DNA from: a bacterium
GTDB taxonomy: Bacteria; SAR324; NAC60-12
Length of the DNA: 32,736 bases
Direction of reading: 5' to 3'
Assembly (NCBI GenBank): GCA_965233585.1
Contig: CBDDTI010000731.1
Location: 1 to 32,736 of the forward strand
Shown: piece after piece, positions 1 through 8,866 of the stretch
Position numbering within the stretch: position 1 is the stretch's first letter
Layout of the letters: the number at the start of each line of letters is the position of its first letter
Notes under the pieces: model-generated
What the model was told of the DNA's origin: nothing
Seen by the model: only the letters and a program-made list of their open reading frames with translations
The model's database searches: none
Position numbers and translations under genes: made by a program

Positions 1-1035
1 ACATTACTAGGGTTGACTGTGTCAATCACAATTAGCTTTCCTCATTCTTTGTTACTGAGCAGTTTAGGATTTTGGGTTAGGGTTAAGGGTTAGGGTTAGT
101 GTAAGGGTAAGGGTTCATGGTTATAAAATCTACATCACTAAGGTTGACTGTGACTGTGTCAATCACTATTCAGTGGTGATATTGTCTAGGGTTAGGGTTA
201 GGGTTAGTGGTTAGACCTAGCGTTAAGGTTAGGTTTGACTGTTGTGAAATCTACATCACTAAGGTTGACTGCGTCAATCACATTTAAGTGGCGATATTGT
301 CTACATCAACAGGGTTACGGTCAGGTTGACGGTTAGGGTTAGGGTTTGGGGTTTAGAGTTTATGGTTAGACCTAGCGTTGAGGTTAGGTTTGACTGTTGT
401 GAAATCTACATTACCAGGGTTGACTGTGTCATTCACAATTAAGTGGCGATATTGTCTACATCAAGAGGGTTACGGTTAGGTTTAGGGTTAGCGTTAGGGT
501 TTGGGGTTTAGAGTTTGTGGTTAGTGTTAGGGTTAAGGTTAGGGTTAGGTTTAGGGTTAGCGTTAGGGTTTGGGGTTTAGAGTTTATGGTTAGAGTTAGG
601 GTTAAGGTTAGGGTTAGGTTTAGGGTTAGCGTTAGGGTTTGGGGTTTAGAGTTTATGGTTAGAGTTAGGGTTAAGGTTAGGGTTAGGTTTAGGGTTAGCG
701 TTAGGGTTTGGTGTTTAGAGTTTATGGTTAGAGTTAGGGTTAAGGTTAGGTCTCACTGTTGTGAAATCTACATTACTAGGGTCGACTGTGTCAATCACAA
801 TTAGCTTTCCTCATTCTTTGTTACTGAGCAGTTTAGGATTTTGGGTTAGGGTTAAGGGTTAGGGTTAGTGTAAGAGTAAGTGTTCATGGTTATAAAATTT
901 ACATCACTAAGGTTGACTGTGTCAATCACTATTCAGTGGTGATATTGTCTAGGGTTAGGGTTAGGGTTAGGGTTAGTATTTGGGTTTTAGGGTTTAGGGT
1001 TTAGGGTCAGTGTTAAGGGTTTTGGTTACGGTTAA
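1..1035 (+). repeat. Degenerate telomere-like (TTAGGG variant) array interspersed with a conserved ~60-bp module
   Basis: Dense TTAGGG/TTAAGG/TTAGCG/TTAGAG/TTTAGGG variants alternate with GAAATCTACATTACTAGGGTTGACTGTGTCAATCAC. It closely matches 31865-32736. Confidence 0.9.
471..750 (+). repeat. 69-bp higher-order repeat built from TTAGGG variants (~4 copies)
   Basis: Unit GGTTAGAGTTAGGGTTAAGGTTAGGGTTAGGTTTAGGGTTAGCGTTAGGGTTTGGGGTTTAGAGTTTAT recurs at 519, 588 and 657. The ORF at 517 shows the matching 23-aa period. Confidence 0.9.
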
Positions 1036-1252
1036 TTGTTGTGAAATCTACATTACTATGGTTAGGTGAGTCAATCACAAATAAGTGGCGATATTGTCTA
1101 CATCAATTGCACAGTGCACCCTTTAACATTCCTTTTAAAGAGAGTTTTTTCAAAAGTGGTGTAACCTTCATAATTCTTTTTCTCGCTTGTGTGCGTGTGC
1201 GTGTTTACATTTGTATTTGTTTCTGTTTGTTTTGGCAGTCGCGTGGTGTTGA

Positions 1253-1392
<140 letters not shown>

Positions 1393-1977
1393 GTTCTACC
1401 TCTCTGTTCTACCTCTCGGTCATCATCTTTTTTTTATGGTTATGAAATCTACATTACTAGGGTTGAGTGTGTCAATCAAAATTAAGTGGCGATATTGTCT
1501 ACATCAATAAGCTTTTGGTCTTTACTTTTATGCAATCTTGCTTAAATAAGTGCATGAATGATTGAGTGGATAAATGAATGCCAATCAATGTCTGCTTTGA
1601 TATGCGCTCTGCAAATTGTTTAAGATTGTAGTGGTTGTTATTAGGTCGGATGGGTTTTGCAGTTTTCAGAAAAGATCCATGAAATCGTTACTGACCTTTT
1701 CTCTGGCTCTCTGCCCACCTCCTAATCCATATCCTCACTGTCAGCTTCGAACTGCTGCCTGCAAACACACAAAGAGTGTAGTGATTGACTAGGGGTTAAG
1801 CTTAGGGTTTGGGTTAGGGTTAGGGTTTGGAGTTTAGGGTTTATGGTTAGGGTTTGGGTGCGGTTAGGGTTGATTTTGGTAAAATCTACATTGCTAGGGT
1901 TGACTGAGTCAATCACTAATACGTGGCGATATTTTCTACATCAATTGCACTCTACACTTTTTAATCTTCCTTTTTAA

Positions 1978-2583
1978 CCATTTATCGACGGATTTTTCAG
2001 CTTTTAGAAGGCTCAAGTTTGGCCTTCGCACTCAAAGAGCAATATATCAACAACTACAAGCGCTACCACCACGTTAGACACACCGTTGGAAAGGTCTTCT
2101 CATTGCGCATCCAACGACAAAAAGTATTACGAAAGACCTTTTCAAACGCCTAAGATACATAGTCCTGAGTGAAGGAAGTCGCCTTCCAAAAACTGAAACA
2201 GAATATCCAATCGTTCTTTGTCAGTGGAGCAGCTATGAAGTTCGTTCTTTCGCCAGTCGACAGCTTGGATCCTTGCCGTCATTTGCTGGATACATATCTA
2301 GACGTTTCAAGTTACCATAGTAATGGAGTGAGCGAAGTCGCGGCCGCAATTCACGCTCGTCGATCGATCGAGCGCCAAATCGATCGGTTGGGTCACTTCA
2401 AACGGCTGTAGCGGCGTCATTTCTTGTTCGATTTTCAAAAACAAAGTATCCGCGTTTAGATAATGAAAAGACCTTTCCAACGATATTTTATTTATAAAAA
2501 TCCATTGAGAAATATTTACACAGTGGTAGTCTAAACTTATCGGTCGCCGGCGACCGATTTTTGACTGGCCCGTCAATAAAGGG
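1978..2583 (+). mobile_element. 606-bp non-autonomous DNA transposon (piggyBac-type MITE)
   Basis: TTAA on both sides (1974-1977, 2584-2587). Imperfect ~14-bp TIRs CC(A)TTTATCGACGG ... CCGTCAATAAAGGG. It interrupts the host motif CCTTCCTTTTAATAGAGT, which is seen empty near 31621. Confidence 0.85.
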
Positions 2584-2704
2584 TTAATAGAGTATTTTGT
2601 CAAAAGTGGTATAACTTTCATAATTGTATTACTCGCTTATGTGTATTTTTATTTGTAGTTGTATCTGTTTGCTTTGACAGTTGCTTGGTGTAGATATGTC
2701 TCTC

Positions 2705-2750
<46 letters not shown>

Positions 2751-2766
2751 CCTCTCTCTCTCTCTG

Positions 2767-2829
<63 letters not shown>

Positions 2830-3184
2830 GCTATCTTTTCTCCTTTGTTTCGTCTTTCTTTCTGACTGAGCAGTTCCTCTCGTCATGTTCACTTGAGTGA
2901 ATTTCATTTGTTTCTTGGTTATATGTATTCTTTCAAAGTGATATAACTTTCATAATTGTATTAGATAGTGTGTAACTGTGTTTGTATTAATTTTGTACTT
3001 CTCTGTTTGTTTTGACAGTCGCTTGGTGTAGATATCTCTCTCCCTCAAAGAAAAAAGGAAATGATGGCAGTTACGTAAGGTTTTCTGAGATAACTCACAT
3101 GATGTCATTTCAGAAAGATGACACGCATTTTATTTGTAGTTCTGTAATTGTGGCTGTCTTCTGGTCGGTTGGTCTGTCTACTAA

Positions 3185-3375
3185 AACAAACCAAACAATA
3201 GGAATAACCCTAACAACAAGAACAAGAACAACAGCAAAAACAACTCCAACAACAAAACAACAACAACAACAACATTAGCCACAACAACAACAACAAGAAC
3301 AGTAACAACAACAACAACAACAACAACAACAAAGCAACAATAACAACAACAAAAACAAAAACAACAACAACAACT
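3185..3375. repeat. (CAA)n/(AACAAG)n low-complexity tract of the backbone repeat
   Basis: CAA-rich run. Equivalents lie at about 5080-5135, 13015, 16180-16345, 18150-18330 and 28900-29007. Confidence 0.9.
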
Positions 3376-5138
3376 TACCTTTTTTGGCTTACACCCGGCT
3401 GCTGAAATTCATCCTAATGTAGGTTCTGCTGCTGTCTGCATGGGGTTAAAGATGAGGTTGAATATTAAATGAATCTGGCCTTAATTTACTTAGGGCTACC
3501 CAGTATAGTATTATGTTGCAAGGCTCATCAAGCTAGTTAAAAGGTTTCATTGAGAAAAGTAAATCTGGCTTTCATTGTCCTCGGAAAACTTCCTGAATTC
3601 TTTACTGACCTTCTTCCTGGGACTGCGTCCGCCAGCTGCACGTTATTGTAAAACTCCACATGCAAATTTTAAATTTTTTTGTGGGACAATGACTGCCCCG
3701 AGCAAAAATACCATTCAAGAAACATTTTTCCCTTGTCCATTCTTTCTTTTTTTTTTTAATGAGCTCAGCCAGGAGCGGGACTTTGCTAGGCATTTGCTCT
3801 TCACTTTTCTGCAATTTGCTCTTCACTTTTCTGCCTAAATAAATGGATGATTGACTGAATGAATACATGAATGATTGGTTGAATTATCATTGTCTGCTTT
3901 TATATGCGCTCTGCAAATTATTGTAGTGGTTGTAACTGGGTCGTATGGGTTTGACAGTTTTCAGAAGAGATCCACAAAATCTTTGCTGACCTTCTGTCTG
4001 GCTCTCTGCCCACCTCCTAATCGATGTCCTCACTGTCTGCTTTCAACTGCTGCCTGCAAATGGCCAAAGAGTGTAGTGATTGATTAGGGTCTAGGGTTAA
4101 GGGTGAGGGTTAGGGTTCATGGTTATGAAATCTACATTACTAGGGCTGACTGAGTAAATCACAAATAAGTAGCGATATTGTCTACATCAATTGCACTGTG
4201 CACTGTTTAACTTTCCTGTCAAATAGAGTATTTTGTCAAAAGTGGTATAACTTTCATAATTGTATTTGTCGCTTGTATGTGTTTGTGTTTGTATTTGTAA
4301 CTGTTTGTTTTGACAGTCGCTTGGTGTATATCTCTCTCTCTCTCTCTCTCTCCCTCTCTCTCTCCTCTGTCTCTCTCCCTGTCTCTCTCCCTCTCTCTTT
4401 CTCTCTCTCTCTCTATCTTCTCTCTGTCTTTCGTCTCTCTTTTTGACTGAGCAGTTCCTGTCGTCATGTTCGCTTGAGTCATTTTTTTGTGTCTTGGTTG
4501 TAGGTATTCTTTCGTCATTTCGTCACTTCATGTTGTTTTAAAAGATCTTCCAACTGTTAAAAAAAAAACGTATTTGTATTCGTCTTCACTTTCACAGCAT
4601 TTTTCATTAGACACGATACACATTCACTTTTAACAAAGTTCGGCAAAGCTTTCAGAACACATCAATACAGAACTTCAGCTCTCATTCTTTTTCTTATTGC
4701 ACACTTGCACAGTGTACCGGTATACCCTGTCAACATTGCACTTGCACTTCTTTGAATGTCAGTCTAATAAGTAGAAAACTCTTCTTTCAGATATTTAAAG
4801 CCCTTCCTTACCTTTGCTGGATTGCGGCTGATGACATTGCTGACCTCCTTCTCTAACACTTAGCTCGGTAACTCCGTCTGATCTCTGCAAAGAGAAGAAG
4901 GAAATGGTGGCGGTTACCTAAGTTCTCCTGAGATAATTTCCATGATGTTCTTTACGAAGGATGACACGCATTTTATTACTGTCAAATTATTGTTTCTTTA
5001 TTTTCTCATTGTGGGCTTTCATGAAGGAGACCTCTGTTGGCCTGTGTACTTAAAACAAACCTCAAAACAGAAATAAGCCTAACAACAACAAAAAAATAAC
5101 AAAAACAACAAGAACAAGAACAAGAACAACAACATTAA

Positions 5139-5432
5139 CCCTTTATCGACCAGCCAGTCAAAAGTCGGTCGCCGGCGACCGATAGGTTTAGACAAACACT
5201 GCTTCTTTAATTCTCAACGGATCTCTACAAATAAGATATCGTTGGAAAGGTCTTGTTCTTATCTAAACGTAGATACTTTATTTTCGAAAATCGGACAAGA
5301 AATGACGCTGCTACAGCTGTTTGAAGTGACCTAACTGATCGATTTCGGGGTCGATCGATCGATGAACGTGACTCGCGGCAGCGACTTCGCTCACTGAATT
5401 GCTATGGTAACTCGAAACGTCTTGGAATGTAT
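5139..5432 (-). mobile_element. Truncated, inverted copy of the piggyBac-type MITE (independent insertion)
   Basis: TTAA at 5135-5138 is followed by CCCTTTATCGACC. The segment is the reverse complement of the right half of 1978-2583, including the TCGGTCGCCGGCGACCGA palindrome. Confidence 0.8.
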
Positions 5433-5853
5433 ACTGACCTTCTCTCTCGCTCTCTGCCCGCCTCTAAATCGATGTCCTCACTGTCTGCTTCGAACTGCTG
5501 CCTGCAAACGGACAAGAGTGTAGTGAGTGATACTCACAGTTTTCAAAAAAGAACCATGATATTTTCACTTACCCTCTCTCTCCCTCTCTCTCTCTCTCTG
5601 TCTCTCTATCTCTCTCTGAGTCTTCAACCGCCTGCTGTACCGAACCCTAACCCTGTCCACTTGTGGTAATCCTTCCTTCTAAAACCTAACCTCACTCCTG
5701 TTGGCCCAAATGTCCAAATAGTGTGCTGTTGGAGTTCTGTTGTCTAAAGAATCTTCACAATACAAGTTGTACAACTTTGTAGGTTGTACAAATATTGCAA
5801 GTTATACACCTATCTTCCTTAGATCCCAATGCTTGTAAAACGTTGCAATGCTG

Positions 5854-6970
5854 TCCTGGTGTCATTTTTGGTTCAATTTAAATGAACCATTCACTCTTTT
5901 TCAGAAAATTCTCAGACCTTTCCTACCACATATTCGATGGTATGATTGAGTAATATATTCGATTTTCCTAACCCTAGAAAAATCGCTCAAAGACAAAGAT
6001 GACAGCGAATATGCTAATACCATGACTGGGACAAGTTGTACATGTATGTTTTCCCATTTTCCCTTGGCTTTTCTTTCTGTGTCATCAAACTTTGCCTTGG
6101 CTTACTTCAAAAGCCCACCCTGGTATTATGTCCAGTTTACTTGAGAAAAAAAATAGTTACATTCCCATCCAAACAATTCTGAGAGGTTCTTAATTAACGT
6201 TATGTGCTTTGTTGAAATTTTAGAAACAGCTTGTAGACGTGGCAGGCCTACTGCCATGAATCAGAAAAGTTGTATCTAGTCCAACTTTCGCTGTGCAAGC
6301 ACGTTTTGGTTGTATTATGTGTTAGAATATTGTGTTGTCTTTGTTTGAAAGCCGACCCTGTTGCCAAAAGTCGTGTCTTACAACCTTTCCTTGGCAAGAT
6401 TTTAGAGTTGTATTTTGTCCGCGTTTGCCTTGTGTACCTATGAAAGCCTCATCAGATATCAATTTTGGTTTGCTTTTGACAAACAAAATATCTCCTGGTG
6501 TCATTTTGATTCAATTTAAACAAACCATTCATTGGTTTTTAGACAATTCTCAGACCTTTCCAACAATATATTAGATTTTGCAATCCGTGGAAAAATGGCT
6601 TGAAGACAAAGTAGACTGCGAATATGCCAATACCAGGACCGGAAAAGTTGTACATGTATGTTTTTCCATTTTGCCTTGTCTTTTTTTTTGTCCTCGAACT
6701 TTGCCATGGCTTACTTTAGAAGCCCACCCTGGTATTATGTTCAGTTTCCTTGTGAAAAAATAATTGCATTCCCATGCAGACAATTCTGAGAGGTTCTTAA
6801 TTAACGCTATGTGCTTTGCTGAAATTTTAGAAACAGCTTGTAGACGTGGCAGGCCGACTGCCATGAATCAGAAAAGTTGCATGCCATCCAACTTTCGCTG
6901 TGCAAGCACATTTTGGTTGTAGTATGTCTTCTAATATTGCGCTGTCTATGTTTGAAAGCCGACCCTGTTG
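5854..6970. repeat. Diverged ~640-bp direct duplication (about 1.7 copies)
   Basis: TCCTGGTGTCATTTT..TTCAATTTAAA..AACCATTCA at 5854 and 6493. The shared downstream sequence includes GAAATTTTAGAAACAGCTTGTAGACGTGGCAGGCC. Confidence 0.8.
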
Positions 6971-7589
6971 CCATTTCTGGAAGGCTTTTAACACACAATT
7001 CTTTCCCATTCAGGACAGGCTCAGAGCTTTCCAATGATGACTTGTACTTCACAATTTGTGCAGAAACGGCTTCAATACTTTTTCGCAGTTCCTCTTTTGT
7101 GACTGAGAAAAGTTGTACATGTGTCTTACAACTTTTCCTTGGCAAAAAGTTTTAGTTGTATTTTGTTCACGTTTGCTTTGTGGAGCTTGAAAGCCTCCTC
7201 AGATATTTATTTTGGTTTGCTTTTGATAAACAAAGTATTCCTTTGCAAACAATTTTCAGAGATTTTCACTGTTGTATTAGATGTTGAAATCCATTAAGAA
7301 AAAGCTTGAGAACGTTTTCATGCACATGACATGATTTCAGAAAGTTGCACGTCTTGTAACCTTGCATCCATGCTCATTGTATTTTAATTTTATAGTTTCC
7401 CGGGTCCTTCTTTGAAAACCGGCCCAGTTGCAATTTGTACCTGGCTTTTGAAACAAACTGTACACCATTAAGTACACGCTAAGAGCTGTTCAATGATGCA
7501 TTGGATTTGTATAAATCAAATATATACTGCCTGAATAGATCTTCAGGCTCATTCTTCCCCCACTTCTTGTTGGCGAATATTTTCAAATT

Positions 7590-7997
7590 ATGGCTCGAAC
7601 CAAGCAAACAGCTACAAAATATGTTGGTCCAAAAAAGGCCCCTAAATTGAAAGCCAAGGCCTCTCGGAAGAGTGTCTCCGCCACTGGTGGTATCAAGAAG
7701 CCCCATCGTTACCGTCCCGGTACCGTGGCTCTTCGTGAGATTCGTCGGTACCAGAAGTCAACTGAGCTCTTCATCCGCAAGTTGCCCTTCCAGCGTCTTG
7801 TTCGCGCGATTGCCCAGGATTTCAAGCTCGGTCTTCGCTTCCAGTCGTCGGCTGTCACGGCTCTTCAGGAAGCCAGCGAGGCTTATCTAGTGGGTCTTTT
7901 TGAAGACACCAATTTGTGCGCCCTCCACGCTAAGCGTGTGACCATAATGCCAAGGGACATGCAACTGGCGCGGCGCATACGAGGCGAGCGTTCCTAA
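7590..7997 (+). CDS. H3: Divergent histone H3 variant (canonical/H3.2-derived core, remodelled N-terminal tail), intronless
   Basis: 135-aa [11 protein letters not shown]...[24 protein letters not shown]...KLPFQRLVR...[35 protein letters not shown]. Full length with ATG and TAA, no frameshift. Confidence 0.95.
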   Translation: MARTKQTATKYVGPKKAPKLKAKASRKSVSATGGIKKPHRYRPGTVALREIRRYQKSTELFIRKLPFQRLVRAIAQDFKLGLRFQSSAVTALQEASEAYLVGLFEDTNLCALHAKRVTIMPRDMQLARRIRGERS

Positions 7998-8866
7998 ACT
8001 TTCCTTTTAGTATTATTTTTTATGAACTATTCTTGTTGGTGCTTAAATTAATGTTTATGTTGTGCCTTCTTTTTTTTATAATAGTACATCTCTTTTTCCC
8101 TTTCTCTCATGTCTGTATAAAATAATCGTAAACTTTCCCTTTTTGTCACCTTTGTTGAGTATTTTGTCCATGTTCAACTTGTCTGCTTGTCTGTTTGAAA
8201 GCTTTTAGTACTAAATATAGTCCTATCAAAATCGACCAGAGTGCTTTGAAAGCTTTTTAAATAAATCTATCAATTCTGATCGGCTTTTGGTAAACAAAGT
8301 CCCCACCCCTGGGTTAGGGTTTTCAGAGCTTTCCAATGCTGTCTTGGATGTTGAAATTCATTAAGTAACACCCTGAAGACGTTTTAACGCCCACTGAGAT
8401 GATTCCCTAACCCTAGCCACAGTCAATGTTCCAGTGAAACGTAGAGAAGTACCCCTTTTGAAAATGTAGAGGTTAATATTGAAAATTGAGAAAGTAATGT
8501 TGAAAAAATCTCTAGTAGTTAGTAGCTGTGCTGCTGGTTCTCACAGTTTAAAAGTCAACGAAATTATGGTTGTGCTCAAGTTAATTAAGGATAGGGCTGT
8601 AGTGTTAAGGTGAGGAAATGTTGAAAAAAATTGCAGTAGTTAGTAGTTGTGCTACTATGTCTATCAGTTTAAAGGTCAATAAACTATCGTTAGAGTTACG
8701 CTAGTTGTTACCAAGGTTAAGGTTAGGGAAGTTTGTCTAAAGCTTAGGGGAAGGGTAGTTTGCAATGGGCGAAAGTGAGAGGGTTTTTGTGTTGAAAACA
8801 GTTACATGTATGTGCAATGTGAAATTGGTATGTACAATGTGAAATTGGGTGAAACAGTCAGGAAAG

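Noticed and set aside
1..1035. True chromosome-terminal telomere
   Set aside because: The repeats are mostly variant, organised in 69-bp units and interrupted by modules. On this strand orientation a real telomere would lie beyond the right end.
2169..2621. Repeated 80-142-aa ORFs in the MITE (also at 15124, 15262, 19771) as a transposase
   Set aside because: They are short, have no DDD/E motif, and some cross the element boundary. They recur only because the DNA is repeated.
7590..7997. CENP-A/CenH3 or H3.3 identity
   Set aside because: Loop 1 is not extended and Q68, F84 and T118 are retained, so it is not CenH3. Residues 87-90 are SAVT, closer to canonical SAVM than to H3.3 AAIG.
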